Below are positions 1 through 9,308 of a DNA stretch of 64,000 nucleotides, piece after piece (the stretch's first letter is position 1; each line of letters starts with the position of its first letter). Made by a program: the position numbers and the translations under genes. Origin of the DNA: an uncultured Gemmatimonadales bacterium (GTDB taxonomy: Bacteria; Gemmatimonadota; Gemmatimonadetes; Longimicrobiales; RSA9); assembly GCA_963708135.1 (NCBI GenBank), contig OY970192.1:704001-768000 (forward strand). Reading direction: 5' to 3'. A model generated the notes under the pieces. It ran no database searches. It was given only the letters and a program-made list of their open reading frames with translations, and was not told the DNA's origin.

Positions 1-1068
1 GTTAACGCGTGTGGGGTTCGTCTGCGACTCATTCATAATCTCGTACTTCCCGTCGCTGATGCGGACGCGCGCCTGAACGCGCGAGACGCTCGGGACTTTG
101 AGTTGGATATGCCGATACGGCTGCCCCTCCTGCCGCCCGAATGTCACTTCCGTCCTACCCTCCTCGCCAGGCATGGCGAACAACCGGATCGTATTCCTTT
201 CCGGACCATCAACATCGAACTGGCCGCGCAGCATCTTCACGGTTCCCGGAGGGGGGGTGAAGAAACGAACCGTCCGGTCCTCCACGACCTGGCCAACCGG
301 AACGCCAGCCCGGATGGCAGCGCCGTCGCCAGTCGGGCCCGGTCCCGGCTCCGGAGCCTGCGCCGCCGCGCCCGGAGCCGACCGGTGCGGAAGGCCCAGG
401 AACTCCGGGGCCGGCTTGGCCCGCCGCGACGACCATAGGAATGTTCCGGCCAGGACGAAGGCACTCGCGGTAATGAGCCAGTACCAGGGGCGGCTCCAGG
501 GCGCGGGGTGATGCGGCGCCTCCTTACTGGCACTGCCGTTCGGTCCCGCGCCAGATACGGGACTGGAGCTGCCATTGCTTGAACCAGCGCTCCCGACCCC
601 CGTGAGCGCACCACGATCCATAATGCCCGTACGTGCTTCAGTCTTTCCGTATGTTAGCGCGGTCCTGTAGGGATCCACCTCGCGCGTATCCTCGACGAGG
701 TAGGGCTGGCCCGCGAGCAGCGAAACCCCGCCCTTGATCCGGTACACGACTTGGAGATCCGGCAACTGGCCGCTGGTCCGCACGAGGATTGCGTCACCCC
801 AGGCGTCGCGGAAATAGAAGAACCTCGTATTTTTCGCCTGCGGATTCGGGTTGGTCGCATAGCGCTCGACGACCCCCTGCACCAAAACCTGTCTGTTCTC
901 CCAGACCCTGGGGCTCATCCTCACGTCCTTGATGACTTCCGGCAGGAGCTTTTGCGCAGCTGCGGTGTCCTGAGGCGCCGGTTGCTGGGGCTCCTGGGCT
1001 GTCAACGTTCCTGTCAGCGCCAACCCGACCACCAGTGCGACGACTGGTGCGACCGTCCTCGTTCTCAT
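1..1068 (-). CDS. Membrane-anchored FHA-domain protein (signal peptide, putative OB-fold-like extracellular domain, TM helix, cytoplasmic FHA); runs off the left edge
   Basis: Translated by hand; absent from the ORF track because there is no stop in the window. GGGAGG RBS, ATG at 1068, MRTRTVAPVVALVVGLALTGTLTAQ signal, G/S linker, WYWLITASAFVLAGTFLW TM, then the FHA motif VTFGRQ...HIQLKVPSVSRVQARV...ESQTNPTRVN. Confidence 0.8.
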   Translation of the reverse strand, partial: MRTRTVAPVVALVVGLALTGTLTAQEPQQPAPQDTAAAQKLLPEVIKDVRMSPRVWENRQVLVQGVVERYATNPNPQAKNTRFFYFRDAWGDAILVRTSGQLPDLQVVYRIKGGVSLLAGQPYLVEDTREVDPYRTALTYGKTEARTGIMDRGALTGVGSAGSSNGSSSPVSGAGPNGSASKEAPHHPAPWSRPWYWLITASAFVLAGTFLWSSRRAKPAPEFLGLPHRSAPGAAAQAPEPGPGPTGDGAAIRAGVPVGQVVEDRTVRFFTPPPGTVKMLRGQFDVDGPERNTIRLFAMPGEEGRTEVTFGRQEGQPYRHIQLKVPSVSRVQARVRISDGKYEIMNESQTNPTRVN

Positions 1069-1235
1069 CTCGGCCTCCCGCGTGAGTAGCGTTCTTGAAC
1101 TCCACCCGTTCTGTGCACCGCTCAGGGTTGTTCTCTTCAACGAATCGAGAGCAGCCGCCGCGCAGCGCCGTCAGCGTAGCACGAGGATAACGGGAGCGGT
1201 GTCACGCTGACGTCAAGTGCATACATATGAGCGGA

Positions 1236-3340
1236 TTACGGATCAGGGCGGTCGCCGTTGCGGCCCCGCGAACCCGGCGCTTTTGCTTCGCGCGCCACCG
1301 ACCTGGTCGGTGCGGGATCGTCTTCCTCGGGCATCTCGATCGGGTTCAGCCGGTCCGGCGCGACGGCGGGGTAGCTCTGAGGGGTGTCGGAGCGGCCACT
1401 GACGCTGAAGCGCGTGAGAAGGGTCATGGCTGTTCTGCGGAGGGTCGAGGCGGCCCTCGCGATCTGCGGACCGTACCCGGGCTGCCCGAGCGAGGCCCGG
1501 GCCGCCTCCCGGAGCTGGTCGTGGACGAAGTCAACCGTCTCCTCATCGACCCAGTGCGCCACTTCCCGCTGAACCATCTCGTTGAGGGCCCGTGCGAAGG
1601 TCCCGTCGCGGAGCCCCGAACGACGGCGAAGCACGTCGATGCCGACTGCCGGCGGAAGCGTGGCGAGGTGACTGGCCACGGTCCGGGCCGCGCCGCCCAG
1701 GGAATTCATCCGGTCATCGAGCAGATCGTGGATTTCCCCAGGCAGCAAAATGCGGTCTGGGATCATACCGGCGTGCATTCGCCAACGGCCGCCATCCTGC
1801 ACAATGATGCCCTGTTCCCTCAATGACTTGAGCAACTCACTGACCATGAACGGATTGCCTTGGCTGGCGGCGTGGAGCTTTGCCGCGGCGGCGGTGGCTT
1901 CCCGTAGATCGCCGAAGTCAATGCTCATGAAAAGGAGCTCGGCCACTTCCGAGCGTGTAAACGGCCAGAGGCGCATGGGAAAGGCTCTGGTTTCCCGGAC
2001 GAGCCGCGTGGCCGTGGAGGCGCGGTCGGTCGGTGCGTCTCCACTGCGGCTCGTCACGAGGAAAAGAGCACAGGCTCGCTGCAGCTGACGGAGAACGCGG
2101 GCGAGCACGGCGTGGCTTGCCGCGTCAACCCATTGGTAATCGTCCAGGAGGAGGATCAGGGGCGCCTCATCCGAGACTGCCTCTAACAGGTCCGCCATGG
2201 CGTCCGCCAGCGGCATGATCGTCAGGTATGAGGGAGCGGCCGGATTCGCCTCGCGCCCGTAGTCGCTCGGCAGAAATTGATCGAGCGCGCGGGTTGATGC
2301 CTCACTGATGCCTGCCGCGCCTCGGAGCGAGAGGAGCCTCGTGACGAGCCCCGCGAGAAAGGCCCACTCGAAATGGGCTTCGGATTCCACGCCCTTCAGC
2401 TTTACGGGGACGCCGCCATCCGTCTCGGCGTTCCCGCTCGCCTCCTGCGCCAGCCGAGTCTTTCCAATTCCCGGCGGACCAGAGATCAGGGCGATCTGAG
2501 GTGCTCCAGCGCGCGCCAACCGCCACAGCCGGACGAGCTGCGAGTATTCCTCCGTTCGGCCGACGAATTCGAGGTGGAGCGCGCTGCTCGCAGGACCCGA
2601 GGGCGCGCGTGTACTCAGCGCCTCGACGCGTTTCTCGACGTGCGACAGCTCCGCTCGGGCATCTACCTCTGCCAGGACTCGTTTTGCCTGAGCGAGCACC
2701 GTCTGCGCCTCCCCGGCCTCCCGCGCATCCAATAGTACGTAACCAGAGCGCTCCAGGATCTCGAATCAAACGGAGCAATGTCCGTCCCGTCCCGCAGGTA
2801 CTTCATTGCACGCTCCAGCCGCCCTGCTTCCCGTTCTGCTCTGGCCGCACGGAGCAAGGCTTCGGACATGGAACGCTCGAGACCCGCGCGAATTTCATCC
2901 ACCCACTGGTCCCAATCGGGACTTGCCGGGATTGCGAAGCGTTCAAGAAAGGAGCCCTGCCACAACCGGAGGGCAGTATCGACCCTATGCTGTGCCAGCG
3001 CCGCCTGCAGCTGAGCGACATCGCCTTCGATCGCCCCCGCGCGAATTCGGACCGGGTCGTCCGATTCGAACAGTCCGTCACCGAGGGAGCGACGCAGAAG
3101 AAGCAGGGCCTGTCTGAGGGAGTGGCGTGCCCGCTCCGGGTCACTTCGGGGCCAGAGCAGCGCCGCCAGATCCTCCCGGGAAGGACCGCCACCCTCAACC
3201 ACGAGGTACACCAGGATTGCGAACGGCTTGCCAAGCGTGATCGCAACCCGGCCACCGCAGGCTGGCTCTACCCCGATACGCCCCAACGTGCGGAGGAGCA
3301 GCGGCACTGAGGACGTCTCTTCGTTCTCCGATTGCAGCAT
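1236..3340 (-). pseudogene. BTAD (SARP-like) transcriptional regulator with AAA ATPase domain, split by a 1-nt frameshift near 2741 (real or sequencing error)
   Basis: The N half (LRTLGRI...SREDLAALLWP...ARHSLRQAL) lies in ORF 2663..3721. The C half (FVGRTEE, GPPGIGKT Walker A, LLLDDYQWVD) lies in ORF 1236..2732. CTG GTT AC GTA CTA TTG GAT joins in frame if one base is added. Confidence 0.8.
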
Positions 3341-3453
3341 CTGGCGCCGCCATCGTTTCGGGCGATACAGTGACTTAGTTTGGGGCGTACGCTTGGGCTC
3401 AGGGGCAAGCGCCACCGGAACAGAGGTGCGACCTGCGCGCCGATCCTCCGCCC

Positions 3454-3774
3454 CTACGGCTCCCCGTGAACAATGATCGTGTGAGTTGCGTAGAGCCCAA
3501 GCATCCCGGTTGTCCTGTAATCGACGTACTGCACTCGCGTAATCCCGCCGTTCTTCATCGCCGCGCCGATGCTGCAGTCCCCGCTCGCGAAAAGCCCGAG
3601 GATGGACGTGCAGGTGCTCGTCCCGGTCTTGCTGCCCGTGGGATAGGCTGTCGCCGTCACCGGGGCACTCACGTTCGTGAAGATCCACCCCGTCGCCGGT
3701 GAGGTGGCGTAGGCAGCGCATCCCGCGGTCGAAACGGACGCGACGAACAGAGCAGTGATCCAGCGCTTTACCAT
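3454..3774 (-). CDS. TRL-like family lipoprotein
   Basis: Lipobox STAGC; family-typical KTGTSTCTSILGLFASGDCSIGAAMKNGGITRVQYVD. Confidence 0.8.
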   Translation of the reverse strand: MVKRWITALFVASVSTAGCAAYATSPATGWIFTNVSAPVTATAYPTGSKTGTSTCTSILGLFASGDCSIGAAMKNGGITRVQYVDYRTTGMLGLYATHTIIVHGEP

Positions 3775-3797
3775 TTGAACCCCCGTAGGATGTAGAA

Positions 3798-5111
3798 TCA
3801 CCTGAACAGCAAGCCGGCGTCTAGTGTAATAGTGCTTACGCTTCCGGAATTGAGCTGGAACTGCAGTCGGGCCGATCGTCCGCCGAACGGAATGTCGAGT
3901 CCAGCCCCCATGCTGAGTCCGGCGGCGGCACGCTTAAAGAACCAGTCTGTGTAGTTGAAATCTCCCCCTGAGAACCTATCGAACAGGCCGGTCGCCAGGT
4001 ACGGGCCGAGAACGAAGTACGGTGAAACCCCGACCGCTGCTCCGCTGACAGCGGGGATTCTCATCGGCTCCACATTCGCCAAGAGGGAGAGGCCAAGGAA
4101 TGCACTGGAGCGGCTTATGCGCCGTCGCACGTCCAGCCACAGACTGGGCTCGAACGAAAATCCAGGGGTGATGCTGAACATCGCTAAGCCGGATGCCCGT
4201 GCACCGGGCTTCCATCCCTGGCGGGAGATGTTCGGCCCTGCCATGATCCCCAGCCCGGTGAGTGTCGGAGGCTTAAGAGAGCCACCGCCGGACGGCGGCA
4301 AGGAGACGGAGATGGTCCGCAGTGGAGATTCTGGCTCCTCATCGGACGCGGTGCGCCGGCACTCGGCCAGGCTCGTGTGCACGTAGCCGCCGCCGTTCCC
4401 AACGTCCACGTGGAGCCACTCTCCTGCCGCGGATCGCACATGCAGTGTCTCGCCTCGGTGAAGGGTTGCTATGATGTCACCATCCATGGCGGGGCCACGG
4501 AATACGTCGGCTGCCGGGACCCGTAGAAAGCATTCGACGGTTCGGGAGCGAGCCAGAGTAGGGTGGCCTCCGGTTTCCGCCGGCTTCGGGTGCGGAACCG
4601 GCCCTGCCGAAGATCGGGATGCAGCACGAGCAGAGGGTCGCGTCCGCTTCGATTCAACCCCAATCGGTGTGCCAATCGGCCGGACCGATTTTTTCGGACT
4701 CGTTTTCTTGATGCGAGTGCTTTCGGATTCGCCAATCGGAGCGGACCGAGCCTGGAGCCCCTTGGACGCGGTATGATCACCCTCGCCTGGTGATGAGCCG
4801 ATTCCGGGTTTGGAGCCGACGCCGTTGGCGGCCAGAGACACTTTGACCGAACCGAGGACGCGGGCGTATTCACGGGCGACTCGCCGCTCCAGTTCAATCA
4901 TGCTGCGCCCGCTCGCCCTGATCACCCCTACGCGCGGCAGCAGGACGTCGCCCAACGGATTCACCACGAAGCGACCGGTCAGATCAGGATGCCCCTGAAC
5001 TGACAGGGTCAACGTGTCGCCCGCCGTGACCACACGCTCCTGCGCCTCGAGCGGCCCAGCTCCGATCAGAGCCGCGGCCGCCAAACTGAACCAGTACCGA
5101 GCTTCCCTCAT
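3798..5111 (-). CDS. Secreted fusion: polysaccharide-export (Wza/Poly_export) domain, linker, SH3b domain and outer-membrane beta-barrel-like C-terminus
   Basis: GAGGT RBS and signal peptide ending LEAQ. GDTLTLSVQGHPDLTGRFVVNPLGDVLLPRVGVIRASGRS is Poly_export-like. GPAMDGDIIATLHRGETLHV..GEWLHV..GGYVHTSL is SH3b-like. The C-terminus has alternating strands ending DAGLLFR. Confidence 0.65.
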   Translation of the reverse strand: MREARYWFSLAAAALIGAGPLEAQERVVTAGDTLTLSVQGHPDLTGRFVVNPLGDVLLPRVGVIRASGRSMIELERRVAREYARVLGSVKVSLAANGVGSKPGIGSSPGEGDHTASKGLQARSAPIGESESTRIKKTSPKKSVRPIGTPIGVESKRTRPSARAASRSSAGPVPHPKPAETGGHPTLARSRTVECFLRVPAADVFRGPAMDGDIIATLHRGETLHVRSAAGEWLHVDVGNGGGYVHTSLAECRRTASDEEPESPLRTISVSLPPSGGGSLKPPTLTGLGIMAGPNISRQGWKPGARASGLAMFSITPGFSFEPSLWLDVRRRISRSSAFLGLSLLANVEPMRIPAVSGAAVGVSPYFVLGPYLATGLFDRFSGGDFNYTDWFFKRAAAGLSMGAGLDIPFGGRSARLQFQLNSGSVSTITLDAGLLFR

Positions 5112-5532
5112 AAGTACCTCACGTTCGCTCGAGCCGAGCGGGGCGCGACTTGCGGGATCGCAGCGGCTCCCTGGGCGGAATTGCACCGGACACTGCCCCG
5201 CACGATTGCGCACGAAGTTCATCCGGATCGGGATGGACCGCGGCGCACCGCACGCGAAAGCAAAGATTGGCGAGACCGCGTCATGGATGCGTCACGGGGG
5301 GAGAGGTGGCGGTCACGGGAAGCACTCATGACTGATGTGACGGGTACCGGCTCATCGTGTCGCTTCGCGCGTCGGGGTTCCCGGACGTCGAGCTGGCGAT
5401 GGATGCGATCACCCGCGTACAGAGTCTGCTCTCCTCAAGACGCGCGTTGACTTTACCGCCTCACCCGCCCCACATTCGCACCTGCATTGTTCCTCGTCGC
5501 ACACTGGCTGTGCCCCTTCTCGGAAGCGGGTT

Positions 5533-8214
5533 TTGACGAACGCGCCGCTGCGCCTGCTGACGCTCGGCCGGACCGTTCTTCTCGGTCCGGGCGGCGCGCC
5601 TGTATCGACGATTCGCAGGAAAGACCTCGCGCTGCTCGTCTATCTGGTGCTCGAGGGGCGGCGGCCGCTCGCGCGCGGGACGCTTGCGGGGCTGCTCTGG
5701 GGCGAGGCGGACGAGGAGCGCGCGCGGCACTCGCTCACGCAGGCGCTGGTGCGGCTTAAGGCGGTCGTGGGGTCCGAGGCGTTCGGGTCGGGCGGCGAAG
5801 CGCTCGTCTGGAGTGGCGACGTCGGCTGCGATGCGGCCGACCTTGAGGCCACCGATCCGACCGGTGCGCCGCCCTCCTCCCCGATCGCCTATCCGGGCGA
5901 TTTCGCGACGGACCTGGCGCTCGGTGCGGGCGCGGAAGACTTCGACGCCTGGGCGGACGGCAAGCGGGCGCATTCGCGGGCGCTCGCGGTGCGGCGGCTC
6001 GATGCGGCGGGGGCGCGAGCGGAGTCGGCCGGCTCGTGGGGCGAGGCGCTGGAGCTGGGACGGCAGCTCGTGGGCGTGGACCGGCTGTGCGAGAGCGGGC
6101 ACCGGCGGATCATGCGGAGCTGGTCCGCGCTCGGCGAGCGGCAGATGGCGGCGCGGCATTATGACGAGTACGCCTCCTGGCTGGAGCAGGAGGTTGGCGC
6201 GAAGCCGGACCCGGAGACGCGGAGCATGCACGAGGCCATTGTCGCCTCGGGCTTGGCCGGGCGAGCCGCGAGCTCCTGGACGGGGCCCGCCTGGCTCGAG
6301 CGGGCGGATCCGCCCGGGCCGGGCACGGCCGGCGTGGAATCCGCCTCCGGCGACAGCGGGCGTGCCCACACGCCGCCGGGAAGGCCGGGCTCGCTCCAGA
6401 TCTTCTCCTGGGCCGCCGCGGCGTTCACGGTTGGCGTGCTCACGGTGGTGACGCTCCGCTCCGTCTGGCCGCGCTCGGTCGTCGCCGGCGAGGGGAGTGT
6501 TGCGGCGCGCGAGCGGATCGTGTTCTCGTCCGACCGATCGGGCCGGGCGCGGCTCTACAGCATGTCGCTGGCGGGAGGGCCGGCCACGCTCCTGCCGGAC
6601 GAGCCTTCGAGCGGAGTGTTCCCCTCGCCCGATGGCCGGCTGCGCGCGCGTCCGCGGGTCGCTCGTGGGAGGATCGAGCTCGAGGTGAGCGACGCGGGCT
6701 CCGGCGAGGTCCTCGGCAGCTTCCGCGATTCACGCGAGGACGACTTCAAGGCGTGGGCGCCGGATGGCTCCCGGTTGCTCTTCGCTTCGTACAGGGCCGG
6801 CAACGCGGACCTGTACTCGGCGCGCCCCGATGGCAGGGACGTGCGCCAGCTGACGAGCGACCCCGCGGACGAGGACGCGGCCTGCTGGTCGCCGGACGGC
6901 AGCGCGATCGCCTTCCGCTCCCGCCGCGCCGGCACCCGGGAGCTCTGGCTCATGGACGCGGACGGCGGAAGGCCGCGGCGCCTGGTGAAGGGGCTGCAGC
7001 CGGCAGAGTGCGCCTTCTCTCCGGACGGGCTGAGCGTGGCGTTCACGGATCGGTTGACGGGCCGCTCCGATCTCTGGCTGGTGGGCCGGGACGGCTCCCA
7101 CCCGCGGCGGCTCGCCGAGCGCACGGCATACACGCACTGGTCGGCGGACGGGCAGTGGATCGTCTTCGGCACTGATCGTGACGGCGACCGCGAGGTCTAC
7201 CGCATCCGAGCCGACGGCACGGACGAGCAGAACCTCACGCGGAACGAAGCGCAGGATTTCCCCGTGAGCGTCTCCGGCACCCTCCCGCCGCGCTACGTTG
7301 ACCGGGTACGGCTCGAGCCCGCGCCCGGCGTGCCGATGGTGATCGGCGAACACCGGACGCTTGCCGCGCGGAGCTATGACGCCCGGGGCCGCTACGTCTA
7401 CGGCATACCTCTGCGATGGGAGAGCTCGGACACGGCGATCCTGGCCGTGGACAGCACGGGGACGGTGGTGGCCCGTGCCCTCGGGCGCGCGACGGTGACC
7501 GCCTCGGCCGGCGGCTGGAGGGCGGACACCGTCTCCGTCGCCGTCGCCCCGGGGAAGCCGGCGCTGGTGCTCTCCGATGATTTCGAGGGCGGCCTCGACC
7601 CGAGGCGATGGCGCGTGTTCGGCCAGCCCCGGCCCTACGTCGCACGCGGCCTCGGGACGAACGGCAGCGCCGCCTTCGTGAGCAACGGCGACGACTACTA
7701 CGAGAGCGGGGTCCTGTCGCGCGAGTTTCCGCTCGCCCGCGGCCTGAGCGTCGAGTTCAGCGCGTGCGCTCCCCTCACGGCGGCGCCGCACCAGGTGCTC
7801 GAGGTGGACATCGCAACGATCGACGCGGACGCGGCGCAGCTCGAGCGGGGCGAGATCTTCGTCCGCGGGACCGAGCAGCTCGCGGATTTCTCGATCTACG
7901 CCCACGGCACGGACGCGGCGCCGTGGATCAAGTTCGGTGGGCTGCGCTTCCCGGCGCCCGTCGCCACGGCCGACTGGCACGGCTACACGATCGTGCTGCG
8001 TCCGGACCGGTGGCGCGAGCTCTACATCGATGGCCGCCCGGTCGCGCTCGCCGAGCCCTGGACGGGCCCGCATGCGTCCGCGACCGCGAGCGTCGTCCTC
8101 GGCTACCGATCGCTGGGGACGCGGCTCGTGCAGGACGATGTCCGCGTCTACGAGGGCCTGGCCGCCTTCCCGTCCGCGCCCTTCCCGATCACGATCGAGA
8201 CGGTGACGCCGTAG
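5533..8214 (+). CDS. Transmembrane BTAD regulator with extracytoplasmic TolB-like (PD40) propeller, Ig-like domain and ConA/laminin-G-like domain
   Basis: LRLLTLG..ARGTLAGLLWG..ARHSLTQAL and ESGHRRIMR (wHTH-BTAD); TM WAAAAFTVGVLTVVTL; repeats WAPDGSRLLF, WSPDGSAIAF, FSPDGLSVAF, WSADGQWIVF; WESSDTAILAVDSTGTVVARALGRATVTA (Big_2). Confidence 0.85.
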   Translation: MTNAPLRLLTLGRTVLLGPGGAPVSTIRRKDLALLVYLVLEGRRPLARGTLAGLLWGEADEERARHSLTQALVRLKAVVGSEAFGSGGEALVWSGDVGCDAADLEATDPTGAPPSSPIAYPGDFATDLALGAGAEDFDAWADGKRAHSRALAVRRLDAAGARAESAGSWGEALELGRQLVGVDRLCESGHRRIMRSWSALGERQMAARHYDEYASWLEQEVGAKPDPETRSMHEAIVASGLAGRAASSWTGPAWLERADPPGPGTAGVESASGDSGRAHTPPGRPGSLQIFSWAAAAFTVGVLTVVTLRSVWPRSVVAGEGSVAARERIVFSSDRSGRARLYSMSLAGGPATLLPDEPSSGVFPSPDGRLRARPRVARGRIELEVSDAGSGEVLGSFRDSREDDFKAWAPDGSRLLFASYRAGNADLYSARPDGRDVRQLTSDPADEDAACWSPDGSAIAFRSRRAGTRELWLMDADGGRPRRLVKGLQPAECAFSPDGLSVAFTDRLTGRSDLWLVGRDGSHPRRLAERTAYTHWSADGQWIVFGTDRDGDREVYRIRADGTDEQNLTRNEAQDFPVSVSGTLPPRYVDRVRLEPAPGVPMVIGEHRTLAARSYDARGRYVYGIPLRWESSDTAILAVDSTGTVVARALGRATVTASAGGWRADTVSVAVAPGKPALVLSDDFEGGLDPRRWRVFGQPRPYVARGLGTNGSAAFVSNGDDYYESGVLSREFPLARGLSVEFSACAPLTAAPHQVLEVDIATIDADAAQLERGEIFVRGTEQLADFSIYAHGTDAAPWIKFGGLRFPAPVATADWHGYTIVLRPDRWRELYIDGRPVALAEPWTGPHASATASVVLGYRSLGTRLVQDDVRVYEGLAAFPSAPFPITIETVTP

Positions 8215-8276
8215 GCGGCGCCGGGTTTCCGGCCGGCCCCATTGGCCCGCGGGAGGAGCGGACGTATCATGACGCC

Positions 8277-8579
8277 ATGTCCAGCACGCCCGCGCATCCC
8301 GCCATGCCCGGGGGCTTCGAGCCCGATCCGGTGATCGAAGCCTACAAGCGGCATATCGACCGCACGCTCCTGCGGGAAAACCTGGGCGAGGTCACCGGCG
8401 GCGGCCGGTATGAGGAGCTCCTCCCGCACTCGATCGAAGTCGAGATCTTCGGACACCGGGCCCGGTGCCTGGACCTGGCATGGCTGATTCGCACCAAACG
8501 CGCCGCCGGGCGCCCGCGCGACATTGAGGCCATCGCGGAGCTCGAGGCGCTTCAGGAGGAATCCGGCGGGCGGGGGTAG
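8277..8579 (+). pseudogene. In-frame chimera: N-terminus of a small partner protein joined to the C-terminus of a nucleotidyltransferase-family protein (collapsed putative TA pair)
   Basis: DPVIEAYKRHIDRTLLRENL is joined directly to GEVTGGGRYEELLPHS...LIRTKRAAGRPRDIEAIAELEAL. The GG..DxD NTase catalytic segment is absent. TATCAT lies just before the ATG. Confidence 0.6.
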
Positions 8580-8621
8580 CCGCCTGGCGGCGACGTTCTC
8601 ACCCCGCGGCCGCCAGGCGCG

Positions 8622-8765
8622 CAGGCGTCCGCGATCGCGCGCGTCGTCCTCGGCTACCGCTCGCTCGGGACCCGGCTCGTGCAGGACGATGTCCGTGTCT
8701 ACGAGGGGTTGACCGCCTTCGCGTCCGCGCCCTTCCCGATCACGATCGAGACCGTGACGCCCTAG
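8622..8765 (+). repeat. Diverged 144-bp copy of the last 48 codons (8071-8214) of the BTAD-TolB gene
   Basis: Codon-by-codon alignment without gaps: 13 substitutions, 8 of them synonymous, same TAG stop. Confidence 0.95.
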
Positions 8766-8989
8766 AGAGGAACCACCGGATTCGGATTCCGGGGCTTCGC
8801 CCCTGGATTCGGATTCGGATTCGTTCTGCCCCGGTTCACGCCGCGGCCCGGGCGCACACGTAGGTGCCCGTCCTCGTCGCCCTGCGCGCGCCCTGCGCGC
8901 GCCCCGCGGCCGCTGGAAACTTCGGCTTGCTGGGGGGTAGCTGCGAGGGGTAGATTCTCGCCGACCGACACCCGGAGCGACGGCCGCCG

Positions 8990-9220
8990 ATGGACTCGCG
9001 GGACAAGATCGAGGAAGTGCTGGACGTGATCCGGCCGGCGCTCAGGCAGGATGGCGGGGATGTCGAGCTCATCGACTTCGACGAGGAGGACGGCGTCGTG
9101 CAGCTGCGCCTGATGGGCGCGTGCGGCACCTGCCCGATCTCGATCATGACGCTGAAGCAGGGGATCGAGCGGCGGCTGGTGAGCGCGGTGCCGGGAGTGA
9201 AGGCCGTCCAGGCGCTCTGA
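8990..9220 (+). CDS. NifU/Nfu-domain Fe-S cluster carrier
   Basis: IRPALRQDGGDVEL...LMGACGTCP..TLKQGIE. Confidence 0.95.
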   Translation: MDSRDKIEEVLDVIRPALRQDGGDVELIDFDEEDGVVQLRLMGACGTCPISIMTLKQGIERRLVSAVPGVKAVQAL

Positions 9221-9308
9221 GCCGGGCGGGAGATTCCAGGTCGGCCGGCGCCCCGTGAGCGTGCGGGGGTGTCGGCCGTTTTCAGATAGGGGAAGGGGCT
9301 TCGTAAGA

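Noticed and set aside
2730..2750. Programmed ribosomal frameshift in the BTAD-AAA gene
   Set aside because: No slippery heptamer at the junction; a 1-nt deletion (mutation or sequencing error) is simpler.
8071..8765. Diversity-generating retroelement TR/VR pair
   Set aside because: The mismatches are not adenine-specific, most are synonymous, and there is no reverse transcriptase in the window.
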